34,622 bases of DNA from an uncultured Candidatus Saccharibacteria bacterium (lineage in GTDB: Bacteria > Patescibacteriota > Minisyncoccia > Phycocordibacterales > WO2-35-19), in contig CAZAAO010000003.1 in assembly GCA_964483435.1 (NCBI GenBank), positions 1 to 34,622 on the forward strand. Direction: 5' to 3'. The position numbers and the translations under genes were made by a program. Under the pieces are notes generated by a model. The model had not been told where the DNA came from, made no database searches, and worked only from the letters and a program-made list of their open reading frames with translations. Below are positions 15,512 through 23,373 of the stretch, one piece after another. Positions within the stretch are counted from its first letter, which is position 1, and each line of letters starts with the position of its first letter.

Positions 15512-16330
15512 ATGGAAGATCTAAACAAACATCAACTTATTCTCCTCACTTTGCTCGTAAGCTTCGTCACATCGATCGCGACGGGTATTATTACGTTTTC
15601 TCTGCTGCAGCAGGCGCCAGTCGAGGTGACTCAGACTATCAACCGAGTAGTAGAAAGGACGATTGAAAAGGTCGCGACCGAGGAAGGTAATAAAAGCGGA
15701 GGCACAAAGGAGGTGGTGACGACGGTCGTAAGCGAAGAAGACAGAGTGCTTGAAGCAATAGATAAAAACGGCAAATCAATCGTGCGAGTACGCGGTCTCG
15801 GAGCAGATGGCAATGAGATAGTCACAGGTCTCGGACTGGTAGTAAGTGATGACGGGCTCATCGTGCTTGATAAGCGAAGTTATCCGGGCGGCTCCGGATA
15901 TACGATACTTTTTGCGGACGGCAAATCATATTCAATCTCAAAATCCTATTTTGATCCAAATTCACAGTTTGTCTTCGTCAGAATCGGAAAACCTACAGCC
16001 GAAAAATACACATTTTACCCAGCAAAGTTTGGTAGTTCATCGGGGCTTAAGCTAGGACAGTCTATCATCGCTATTAGTGGTAAGAGTTCAAACTCTGTAT
16101 CGATCGGCCGAGTCGCAGAAGTTCAAAAAACAACTACAGGTGATATTTCAAAATTTATAAGCGATATTTCAACAAGTCGACATCTCTCAGGTAGCCCACT
16201 TCTAAATCTATCTGGCGAAGTCGTAGGGTTAGAAGCTCCTTTAGCGGAAGGTGATGACAATCTCGCATTTTTCCCAGCGTCGGTCATTCAAAATTCGCTC
16301 AAAACTGCCTCAGCTGAGCTCGCTAAGTAG
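15512..16330 (+). CDS. Membrane-anchored trypsin-fold (S1C/HtrA-like) protein, catalytic His/Asp not evident, no PDZ
   Basis: N-terminal TM. GLGLVVSDDGLIVLDKR, ISGKSSNSVSIGRV and HLSGSPLLNLSGEVVGL parallel the HtrA strings GSGFII..G.ILTN.HV and GNSGGPL.N..GEVIGI. The protein has only two His residues (H7 and SRHLSGS). Confidence 0.6.
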   Translation: MEDLNKHQLILLTLLVSFVTSIATGIITFSLLQQAPVEVTQTINRVVERTIEKVATEEGNKSGGTKEVVTTVVSEEDRVLEAIDKNGKSIVRVRGLGADGNEIVTGLGLVVSDDGLIVLDKRSYPGGSGYTILFADGKSYSISKSYFDPNSQFVFVRIGKPTAEKYTFYPAKFGSSSGLKLGQSIIAISGKSSNSVSIGRVAEVQKTTTGDISKFISDISTSRHLSGSPLLNLSGEVVGLEAPLAEGDDNLAFFPASVIQNSLKTASAELAK

Positions 16331-16351
16331 ATTTTCAAAATGCACAAAATG

Positions 16352-16360
16352 TGCTATAAT
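16352..16360 (+). promoter_or_regulatory. Extended -10 element TGCTATAAT upstream of clpB
   Basis: TGnTATAAT lies 75 nt upstream of the clpB ATG. No CIRCE-type inverted repeat was seen. Confidence 0.4.
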
Positions 16361-16434
16361 ATTGACAAGCTGCTAGCTTTTAGATTTTAAACTTTCAGTA
16401 TTGAGTTTGAGATTTAATAATTTTAGATATTACC

Positions 16435-19134
16435 ATGCCCCCATTCAATCAATTTACAACCAAAGCAAAAGAAGCCATCCGGAAGGCTCATGAGCTAGTT
16501 ATTGAGCGTGGTCAAAATCATGTGAACCCTCTTCATCTCCTTACTGCCCTTATTTTGCAAGAGGAGAGCATGGTGGCGTCCATCCTAGACAAACTCGAGG
16601 TGGATACAATACTCCTCACCGATTCGCTTCTCGAAGCGATCGAGACTGGTACGATGAGTAGTACTGTCTCTCAGTCGTACCAGATATACCTCACACCGGA
16701 GATGGTTCACGTGATCGAAAACTCTTCCAAGGTTGCCACTGCAATGAATGACGAGTTTGTATCGACCGAGCATCTTTTTGTCTCGTGTCTTGAGGTGCCA
16801 AGCGCTGCGAGGGACCTATTGAGCAAATTCAAAATCGACAAAGAGCGAGTTTTCCAAGTAGTAAACGAGATCAAGCAAGGTCGCGTGCCGGAGAAAAAAG
16901 GTGAGGCCAAAAACAAAGCCATCATCAAATACACGCGCTCTCTCACTAAGCTTGCCAAGGACAACAAGCTCGACCCAGTTATCGGACGTGACGAAGAAAT
17001 TTCGCGTATCATCCAGATACTTTCTCGCCGTACTAAGAACAATCCTATCCTGATCGGTGAAGCCGGTGTCGGCAAGACTGCTATTGCGGAGGGTCTAGCT
17101 ATGCGGATTGCTTCCGGTAATGTGCCAGAGTCTTTGAGAGACAAGGAGTTGGTATCGCTCGACCTCGGGTTACTTATTGCCGGTACAAAATACCGTGGCG
17201 AGTTTGAGGAGAGACTCAAAAATATAATAAAAGAAATCGAAAAGTCGGACGGAAAAATTATACTCTTTATCGATGAGATACACACGATCGTTGGCGCAGG
17301 CTCAGCCGAAGGCTCACTCGATGCGTCAAATATGCTCAAGCCGCCACTTGCCAGAGGCGAGCTTCGAGCGATTGGCGCCACCACTCTCAAAGAATACCAA
17401 AAGCACATCGAGAAAGACCCAGCTCTAACTCGACGTTTTCAACCTGTATATGTAAATGAGCCTTCGGTAGAAGATGCGATCACGATCCTTCGTGGATTAA
17501 AAGAAAAGTACGAGCTCTACCACGGCGTCCACATCACGGATGATGCGCTCAAGTCGGCGGTCAATCTTTCTTCTCGCTATATCACGGATCGTTTTTTGCC
17601 AGACAAGGCGGTGGATCTCATAGACGAAGCTGCTTCTCATCTCAAGATCTCTCTTGAAAACATGCCTCCAATACTTCAGGAGACAAATTCAAAAGTAGTA
17701 AAGCTCGAGATCGAGCGTGAGGCTCTCAAAAAGGAATCCGGCAAGGTCAAAGCGAAAAATCGATTGAAAGAAATCGAGCAGCAGATCGCTGACCTCAAGG
17801 AGAAGACTTCCGAAATCGACCTAAAATGGAAAAACGAGAAAGAGACTGTTACTGATATCAAAAACTTAAAGAAGCAACTCGAAGAAGCTAGACTCGAAGC
17901 TGAAAAGGCTGAGGCGCTTGTTGACCTTGGGCTTGCAGCAGAAATCCGCTACGGTCGAATCCCATCTCTTGAAAAAGAGCTCGATCAAAAAGTGAAGAGA
18001 CTCAAAAAACTTCAAGGTTCGAGACAGATCCTTCGCGAAGAAATCACCGAAAATGATATTGCCGAGATAGTGGCAAAGTGGACTGGTATCCCGGTCTCTC
18101 GCATGCTCGAAGAGGAAGCAGAAAAGCTCGGTCGCATGGAAGAAGACTTGAAAAAGAGGATTATTGGTCAGGACGAAGCGGTGCAAAAAATATCAGACAC
18201 TATCAAGCGCTCTCGCGCTGGCATTGGTGACCCAAACAAACCAATTGGCTCGTTTATATTCCTAGGTCCAACGGGCGTGGGTAAAACTGAGCTTACGAAG
18301 GCACTTGCCGAATTTATGTTTAACGATGAGAAAGCTCTAATCCGCGTAGATATGTCTGAGTTTATGGAGAAACATGCAGTCTCCAAGCTCATCGGTGCGC
18401 CTCCTGGCTATGTAGGCTTTGACGAAGGAGGTGGGCTCGTAGATCAGGTGAGACATCGCCCATACTCAATAGTGCTTTTCGACGAGATAGAAAAGGCTCA
18501 CCCAGAAGTATTCAACGTGCTTTTGCAGGTGCTTGATAATGGTCGCCTTACCGACTCCAAGGGCAGGACTGTCAACTTCAAAAACACTATCATCATCATG
18601 ACTTCAAACATCGGAGCTCAGTACATCGACAAGATGGAAAAGATGGGCTTCTCCGAACGTGCAGAGGGTAGCAACAATTCGTACAACGACATCAAAGGCA
18701 AAGTACTCGAAGCGCTCAAGGATTACTTCCGACCAGAATTCCTCAACCGTATCGACGATATTGTCCTCTTCGATATCCTTTCAAAAGAAGCAGTGCGAAA
18801 TATTGTCGAGATCCAGGTCAACCTCGTACGCGAGCGACTTATGGACAAGGAGATCGAGCTTCATCTCTCGGAAGCTGCGCTCGACTACCTCGCCAAAGAA
18901 GGCTATGACCCTCAATACGGTGCTCGACCATTGAAGCGTCTTATCCAAAACAAGATTCTCAATCCCGTCGCCTCTATGATCATCTCAAAAGGTATCATGC
19001 GTGGTGGGGCCGTGAACGTTGACCTCAAGACTAATCCGGAGACCAAACTCCCTGAGCTTACTTTTGAAGTGAAGAAGGGTAGAAAGGGCGCAATCATCGA
19101 AGCAAGCGTGCTCAACGCTCCTGTTGAGCAGTAG
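16435..19134 (+). CDS. clpB: ATP-dependent chaperone ClpB
   Basis: Clp N-domain, two AAA+ modules (GEAGVGKTAI/ILFIDEIH and GPTGVGKTEL/IVLFDEIEKAH) and a long coiled-coil M-domain between them. 899 aa. Confidence 0.95.
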   Translation: MPPFNQFTTKAKEAIRKAHELVIERGQNHVNPLHLLTALILQEESMVASILDKLEVDTILLTDSLLEAIETGTMSSTVSQSYQIYLTPEMVHVIENSSKVATAMNDEFVSTEHLFVSCLEVPSAARDLLSKFKIDKERVFQVVNEIKQGRVPEKKGEAKNKAIIKYTRSLTKLAKDNKLDPVIGRDEEISRIIQILSRRTKNNPILIGEAGVGKTAIAEGLAMRIASGNVPESLRDKELVSLDLGLLIAGTKYRGEFEERLKNIIKEIEKSDGKIILFIDEIHTIVGAGSAEGSLDASNMLKPPLARGELRAIGATTLKEYQKHIEKDPALTRRFQPVYVNEPSVEDAITILRGLKEKYELYHGVHITDDALKSAVNLSSRYITDRFLPDKAVDLIDEAASHLKISLENMPPILQETNSKVVKLEIEREALKKESGKVKAKNRLKEIEQQIADLKEKTSEIDLKWKNEKETVTDIKNLKKQLEEARLEAEKAEALVDLGLAAEIRYGRIPSLEKELDQKVKRLKKLQGSRQILREEITENDIAEIVAKWTGIPVSRMLEEEAEKLGRMEEDLKKRIIGQDEAVQKISDTIKRSRAGIGDPNKPIGSFIFLGPTGVGKTELTKALAEFMFNDEKALIRVDMSEFMEKHAVSKLIGAPPGYVGFDEGGGLVDQVRHRPYSIVLFDEIEKAHPEVFNVLLQVLDNGRLTDSKGRTVNFKNTIIIMTSNIGAQYIDKMEKMGFSERAEGSNNSYNDIKGKVLEALKDYFRPEFLNRIDDIVLFDILSKEAVRNIVEIQVNLVRERLMDKEIELHLSEAALDYLAKEGYDPQYGARPLKRLIQNKILNPVASMIISKGIMRGGAVNVDLKTNPETKLPELTFEVKKGRKGAIIEASVLNAPVEQ

Positions 19135-19202
19135 GGGGATGTAGAGAAGAAGGATTCAGGAAAATATAGAAGTAAATACAGAAAAGAAGTATTGTTAAAT
19201 AG

Positions 19203-19240
19203 AAAAACCGCCGAGGCTTGTGCCTCGGCAGTTTTGATTT
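19203..19240 (+). terminator. clpB terminator hairpin; left copy of a 38-nt direct repeat
   Basis: AAAAACCGCCGAGGCTTGTGCCTCGGCAGTTTTGATTT. It matches 19785-19822 at 37/38. Confidence 0.75.
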
Positions 19241-19254
19241 TAATATTAATGGGT

Positions 19255-19773
19255 ATGAAAAATAAAGGCTTTACTCTTATAGAACTTCTAGTGGTGATAG
19301 CAATAATTGGAATCCTATCTAGCATTGTCTTGGCATCGCTAAATATCGCTAGGAAAAAAGGCAAAATGGCGAAAGCGAGAGTGGAGCTCCATGATCTTCG
19401 TACTGCGATGTATAATTTGGCAAACGACACCGGCAGGATTTCGAACGGATGTACTCTTGGAGTGATCGATTCTCCTGAAACTACTCTTGATAGCGCATGG
19501 GCAGGCTTACTAGCAGCGCCTACTACAGGGGCAGACCCGACTTATAGCCCAAACCCCGGAAATTGTGGCTGGACTGCCTCCTCGATAAGTCAGTGGAATG
19601 GACCTTATACTACAAATGTAATGGACCCTTGGGGTAGGGCTTATGTATTTGACCCAGATTATTTTATTGGATCTCCTCCAGTCGCAACTCAGGTCTTGTT
19701 GTCTCGTGGGCCGGACGGGGTGATCAACACTGCTGGAGCAGATGATGTGGTACTCAAGCTTTCTCCAGAATAA
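19255..19773 (+). CDS. Type IV pilin / T2SS GspG-like pseudopilin (prepilin N-terminal methylation motif)
   Basis: MKNKGFTLIELLVVIAIIGILSSIVLASL (G|FTLIE cleavage/methylation site). The C-terminal part has DPWGRAYVFD, which is GspG-like. The start is 19255 (or 19249); the upstream part of the track ORF is the terminator hairpin. Confidence 0.85.
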   Translation: MKNKGFTLIELLVVIAIIGILSSIVLASLNIARKKGKMAKARVELHDLRTAMYNLANDTGRISNGCTLGVIDSPETTLDSAWAGLLAAPTTGADPTYSPNPGNCGWTASSISQWNGPYTTNVMDPWGRAYVFDPDYFIGSPPVATQVLLSRGPDGVINTAGADDVVLKLSPE

Positions 19774-19784
19774 AACTCAAATAA

Positions 19785-19822
19785 AAAAACCGCCGAGGCT
19801 TGTGCCTCGGCGGTTTTGATTT
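19785..19822. terminator. Bidirectional terminator; right copy of the 38-nt direct repeat
   Basis: AAAAACCGCCGAGGCTTGTGCCTCGGCGGTTTTGATTT, a perfect 10-bp stem, lying between convergent genes. Confidence 0.75.
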
Positions 19823-19842
19823 AAGGTCAAAAACTCAGAAAC

Positions 19843-20232
19843 TCAGAAAGACGAGCCCAATTTGTAGGACTCCTCTACTCCGAAGTTTCCGAACTTGCGA
19901 ATAATCGCACAGGCCGGGCCACTAAAATCCGGTAGGGAGTACCCACCGAGGTTGTACATTTCTCCCTTCCCATCTTTTTTCACGGCGGAGCAGATGATCT
20001 GGGGGTGACTTTTTAGATTGATCTTAATCAAGAAGATCATATCGTCAATTTCGAAGATTACCTCCTGACGCGTGCCGTCTTTGTAATTTTTTATTCTCGG
20101 ATCAATTTTCAGGTTGAGTCCCTTACTCACGATGTCGAGAATCAGATGTCGCGTGATGGAGGTAATGTAAGGACCATCCACCACAAGCAAACCGGTGCTA
20201 AAATGCGGCAAGTACGCAAATTTTGTGCTCAT
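19843..20232 (-). CDS. Hypothetical cytoplasmic protein (129 aa)
   Basis: Coding-like composition. The start is set at MSTKF (ATG at 20232) because a TTGAAC-17-TAATGT promoter overlaps the two upstream ATGs. No motif recognised. Confidence 0.45.
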   Translation of the reverse strand: MSTKFAYLPHFSTGLLVVDGPYITSITRHLILDIVSKGLNLKIDPRIKNYKDGTRQEVIFEIDDMIFLIKINLKSHPQIICSAVKKDGKGEMYNLGGYSLPDFSGPACAIIRKFGNFGVEESYKLGSSF

Positions 20233-20283
20233 AAGCTTCTGCGCACACATTACAGTGATTATCTGCAAAGTTCAAGAATAGAT

Positions 20284-20304
20284 GAAAAAGCCCTTTAGAG
20301 GGCT
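20284..20304 (-). terminator. Rho-independent terminator ending the tRNA-Tyr/repeat transcription unit
   Basis: On the minus strand: AGCCCT-CTAA-AGGGCT followed by TTTTT. Confidence 0.6.
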
Positions 20305-20395
20305 ATTTCACCTGTTCACGACTCGTTACTCACTCTACAGTCAATTTTGTAATCAAAAAAGTCCGCATAAATATGCAGACTTTTTTGAACAAAAT

Positions 20396-20581
20396 TGGTG
20401 CGCCGAGAGGGAATTTCGATCCTTACAGGATCAGTACCACAAGGGCACTTCTTGTTTTCTAATTCATTTCATTCATAAGAAAACAAAGTCGTACACCTTT
20501 CGCATCGTACTCGCTGCGCTCCGTGCGATATACTCAAAGTTTTCTCATCCCTCACGCAAGCAAAGCAGTTTGCTTGCTCCT
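20396..20581 (-). repeat. Hairpin-rich non-coding stretch beginning with a tRNA-3'-end-like string including CCA complement (copy D)
   Basis: TGGTGCGCCGAGAGGGAAT (20398-) reads on the minus strand as ...ATTCCCTCTCGGCGCACCA, but no cloverleaf can be drawn. It contains the hairpins CTTGTTTTCT..AGAAAACAAAG and GCAAGCAAA-GCAG-TTTGCTTGC, plus a weak copy of the core (CTCGCTGCGCTCCG). Confidence 0.35.
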
Positions 20582-20628
20582 GCGCACAAAATAAAACACC
20601 AGCAGAAGCTGGGTTTTATTTTGTGCGC
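20582..20628 (-). repeat. Long AT-rich hairpin H1 (paralogue of H2)
   Basis: GCGCACAAAATAAAACACCAGC-AGAA-GCTGGGTTTTATTTTGTGCGC, about 21 bp with one bulge. Confidence 0.6.
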
Positions 20629-20763
20629 AGGGAGGGATTCGGTCACGGATAAATTTTTTGCTCGGCAAAAAATTTTCCTCGACCCCGCCTCGCACCCGGA
20701 CTTTGCTAAGTCCGGACTACGCTTCGCTTCGTGCGCTCCGGCTTTCGAATCCCTCTGTTGTGC
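20622..20763 (-). repeat. tRNA-Tyr-end-bounded structured element (copy B)
   Basis: 20622-20641 is identical (20 nt) to the tRNA-Tyr 3' end at 20813-20832. An inverted copy, CGAATCCCTC..TGTGC, lies at 20746-20763, so the two ends pair. The interior has an AT hairpin (AAATTTTTTGCTCGGCAAAAAATTT), the core TCGACCCCGCCTCGCACCC, and GTGCGCTCCGGCTTTCGAAT. Confidence 0.6.
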
Positions 20764-20767
20764 GTAT

Positions 20768-20812
20768 GCACAAAAACAAAACCAGGTATAAGAACCTGGT
20801 TTTGTTTTGCGC
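20768..20812 (-). repeat. Long AT-rich hairpin H2 directly 3' of tRNA-Tyr
   Basis: GCACAAAAACAAAACCAGG-TATAAGAA-CCTGGTTTTGTTTTGCGC. Relative to H1 it carries compensatory pair changes (C-G to G-C at the apex, T-A to C-G mid-stem). Confidence 0.6.
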
Positions 20813-20814
20813 TG

Positions 20815-20898
20815 TGCGCAGGGAGGGATTCGAACCCCCGAAGGCCTATGGCCGACAGATTTACAGTCTGTTGTAATTGACCGCTCTACCACCTGCGC
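20815..20898 (-). tRNA. tRNA-Tyr (anticodon GTA), type II
   Basis: Minus-strand read: GCGCAGG-TG-GTAGAGCGGTCAATTACAAC-ACAGA-CTGTAAA-TCTGT-variable arm CGGCCATAGGCC..-GGGGG-TTCGAAT-CCCTC-CCTGCGC-A. Confidence 0.88.
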
Positions 20899-20943
20899 GT
20901 TTGCTTATACAATTTAGCATATTTTTAGCTTCAAACAAGCCAC

Positions 20944-20975
20944 AAAAAAGCCGCTTAAGTTTGCACTTAAGCGAC
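20944..20975 (-). terminator. Rho-independent terminator
   Basis: On the minus strand: CGCTTAAGT-GCAA-ACTTAAGCG followed by GCTTTTTTG. Confidence 0.7.
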
Positions 20976-21310
20976 TCTATGGTCCGAGAGGGGATGAGTT
21001 TTTCCTACCTTTCTCAATATTGAAATAATTTTTATTTCGTATTACTGATCAGGTCAATGTGCCGAGGTTTTCTCACGGGTTTTTCCCCCGAGTTGCTCTA
21101 GCAGGCATTCCGCCTTTGCGGCCGATGGAAAGTCGGCCATACGTGGCTCATTAGACTAGAGTACTTTGCACAATAGAAAACCCATCCTCCCATCTCGTGC
21201 CCTTGTTCAGGGTCTTTGAAGTACATCAAAAGACTCGGGCTATTCGCTCCTATCTTTTGTCTGCTTCCGTTGCATCTACTACTGCACAATCCGACGCAAC
21301 ATACTCTTCG
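20976..21310 (-). ncRNA. Candidate non-coding transcript (~335-365 nt), class unknown
   Basis: Bounded by a TTTACA-17-TATTAT promoter (complement of 21337-21342 and 21314-21319) and the terminator at 20944-20975. It has no credible ORF. It holds several GC-rich hairpins (GGCCGA-CTTTCCA-TCGGCC, CCGC-AAA-GGCGG, CGGG-GGAAAAA-CCCG) in AT-rich surroundings. Confidence 0.3.
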
Positions 21311-21344
21311 CTAATAATAGCATGTAAATTAAAAAATGTAAATA

Positions 21345-21776
21345 CTAGTCCGTCCTTGATGGATTTTCGAGAATCATGTTTATGCGTTCCTTTACTTTTC
21401 CAAAAGCTATATCAACTTGCTCTTCGTTGTATTGCTCCTCATTCATGTGTGCTCTTTTGAATTCCTCGACATTTATTTTCCCAGTGTCCAAAAATTCCTG
21501 CATCATTTCTGCTTTATAATCGTCGAAGAGCTTATCTGATTCTATTTCACTGTAGTTTTCTGGCGCTGGATTTAGATGGTATGCAGCGGCGAATTTCTCA
21601 GTCGATTGGTCCTGTCTTTTTCGGTATTCATCGAGTTTTTTCTCCAACGCTTCTCGAATTATTTCGTGAAAATTTTCTTCTCTTATCTGCAAGCCATTAT
21701 CAAGCTGGTCCAATGTATTGAGAGGTATCGATTCTATTGGCTCGCTACTTTGAGGTCTTTCAAAAAATCCAAACAT
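21345..21776 (-). CDS. Acidic hypothetical protein (143 aa)
   Basis: Clean ORF with coding-like composition, rich in Glu/Asp/Lys and predicted helical. No recognisable motif. Confidence 0.5.
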   Translation of the reverse strand: MFGFFERPQSSEPIESIPLNTLDQLDNGLQIREENFHEIIREALEKKLDEYRKRQDQSTEKFAAAYHLNPAPENYSEIESDKLFDDYKAEMMQEFLDTGKINVEEFKRAHMNEEQYNEEQVDIAFGKVKERINMILENPSRTD

Positions 21777-22074
21777 ATCTTTTGTTTATTTCTAATACCC
21801 AAATATTAGCATCTACTTACCTTTTTGGTACGTAAGAGTGTAGATAGTTAAAAAGCTCAAAAACTAGCCCTCTTTTATGAATTCGGGTAGTATGGTTCTA
21901 GAATGGACATTTCAGGTGTTATCGAAAATAACAAAGGGGCGACTGTCGCCCTGTTTCTAATAGTAGTCATTTGTGTGTCGATGTTGCTATCGACCATTTC
22001 AAATCGTCCACCAAATAACAATACGAGAAGGCAGAATAATACCGATGAAGTTTGATACTTCTTCAAACCCCAAC

Positions 22075-22098
22075 GCGGGCTTCGAGTGCGAAGCCCGC
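22075..22098 (-). terminator. Hairpin just after the murC stop
   Basis: 10-bp stem GCGGGCTTCG-AGTG-CGAAGCCCGC, with a weak T-tract on the minus strand. Confidence 0.5.
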
Positions 22099-23372
22099 TA
22101 TTTCATTATCGTTTCGGTCCATTTATAAATATTTCCTGCCCCCATAAGGACGACGCAATACTCTAATGTGGGATCAAGTTTTTTCATTTCACCCATGAGC
22201 TCCTCTGGAGTTTCAACGGCAGTACTTGGTACAAATTTGCTCACGGCTTTGCTCAACTTTTCGTTTGTGATTTCTGGATCATATTGTTCTCTGACGCACA
22301 ATATCGGAGCAATAAAACATCTGTCAGCAATTTGAAGTGCTTCTACGAAACCTTCAAAAAGTGCTTTGGTCCTGCTTTGTTGGTGGGGCTCAAATACGCA
22401 TATTATTTTTCGCTCGGGGTATTCCTGTCTCAGTGCGAGGAGTGAAGATTTGATTTCGGTAGGATGATGAGCGTAGTCATCGAAGTAAATACAGTTTTGT
22501 TTGTTACCTTTATACTCCAATCTTCTCCATGTGCCCTTGAAGGTTTCCAAGTGATGAGAGATTTCTCCATCATGAATCAAACTTACTGCTTGGATACCTG
22601 CTCGAGCATTCGCCTGATTGTGCTTTCCGGGAGTTAGTAGTTTTGGAACGGCATTTATATTTTCATAATCGTATATCGGAGATTTTATACCGGCGCTTTT
22701 TAACCATTCCTTTGTCTCGGTATTTGTGATAATTGCTCCGTGTGGAGGAACGCGACTCGCAAGTTCAAAAAACGCACCTTTTATATCATCAAGGTCTTTG
22801 TAATAATCCAGATGATCTTCTTCTATGTTTGTTATTACAAGAAAGGTGGGGTGAAGGTTTAAAAAGGAGCGACGATATTCGCATGCTTCTACTACCAAAT
22901 ATTCACTATTTCCAGCAATGAAGTTTGATTGTTTGTCAGCAAGTTTGGAGCCGACTATTACAGTGGGTGCCATTTGGAGCTCTAGCATCAAATGAGCGAT
23001 CATGGCTGTGGTCGTGGTCTTGCCATGCGTACCAGATATGGCAATCGTCGTCTTGTCTCTTGAGATTAGCCCAAGTGCTTCTGGGTAAGATAAACAGGGA
23101 ATGCCTAAAGTTTTTGCGTGGAGTAGCTCTTCATTCTCTTCGTTCACTGCTATTGTGTAGATCACAAGTTGGGTATTAGGAGGGATATTTTCTTTACTAT
23201 GAGAAATAAAAATATGAGCCCCGTTGCGCGAGAGGTCGCTTGCGATTTGAGATTCACTCATATCCGAGCCTGACACTGTTTTGGCTTCAAGTAAAAACAT
23301 TTTTGCTAATGCTGAAATGCCGATACCTCCGACACCGATAAAATGAACGTGTTTTATTGATCCTAAATTCAT
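22098..23372 (-). CDS. murC: UDP-N-acetylmuramate--L-alanine ligase
   Basis: HFIGVGGIGISALA, GTHGKTTTTAM, and Mur ligase middle and C-terminal domain patterns. Confidence 0.92.
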   Translation of the reverse strand: MNLGSIKHVHFIGVGGIGISALAKMFLLEAKTVSGSDMSESQIASDLSRNGAHIFISHSKENIPPNTQLVIYTIAVNEENEELLHAKTLGIPCLSYPEALGLISRDKTTIAISGTHGKTTTTAMIAHLMLELQMAPTVIVGSKLADKQSNFIAGNSEYLVVEACEYRRSFLNLHPTFLVITNIEEDHLDYYKDLDDIKGAFFELASRVPPHGAIITNTETKEWLKSAGIKSPIYDYENINAVPKLLTPGKHNQANARAGIQAVSLIHDGEISHHLETFKGTWRRLEYKGNKQNCIYFDDYAHHPTEIKSSLLALRQEYPERKIICVFEPHQQSRTKALFEGFVEALQIADRCFIAPILCVREQYDPEITNEKLSKAVSKFVPSTAVETPEELMGEMKKLDPTLEYCVVLMGAGNIYKWTETIMK

Positions 23373-23373
23373 A

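Noticed and set aside
16331-16434. CIRCE/HrcA operator upstream of clpB
   Set aside because: No TTAGCACTC-N9-GAGTGCTAA-like inverted repeat is present. Only short palindromes (GCACAAAATGTGC, AGCTGCTAGCT) of unclear meaning are there.
20282-20892. Track ORFs 20282-20791 (+), 20545-20892 (-) and 20658-20876 (+) as genes
   Set aside because: They run through tRNA-Tyr, exact tRNA-end duplications and long hairpins. The translations are low-complexity and Cys/Arg/Ser-rich with no start context. They are almost certainly non-coding.
20944-21343. tmRNA or SRP RNA assignment for the ~370-nt non-coding unit
   Set aside because: The 3' end ..CCCCTCTCGGACCA has no 5' acceptor partner and no GGTTCGA-type T-loop. 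GGAAGCAG is present, but the 5' strand and GNRA tetraloop needed for SRP helix 8 are not. I keep it only as an unassigned candidate RNA.
21875-22066. 63-aa ORF between murC and the 21345 gene
   Set aside because: It would start with a TTG immediately after the murC terminator. It also contains a terminator-like hairpin (GGGCGA-CAG-TCGCCC followed by a T-rich tract, about 21941-21955) in its middle. The hydrophobic N-terminus is suggestive, but the evidence is too weak to call. A short RNA or peptide remains possible.
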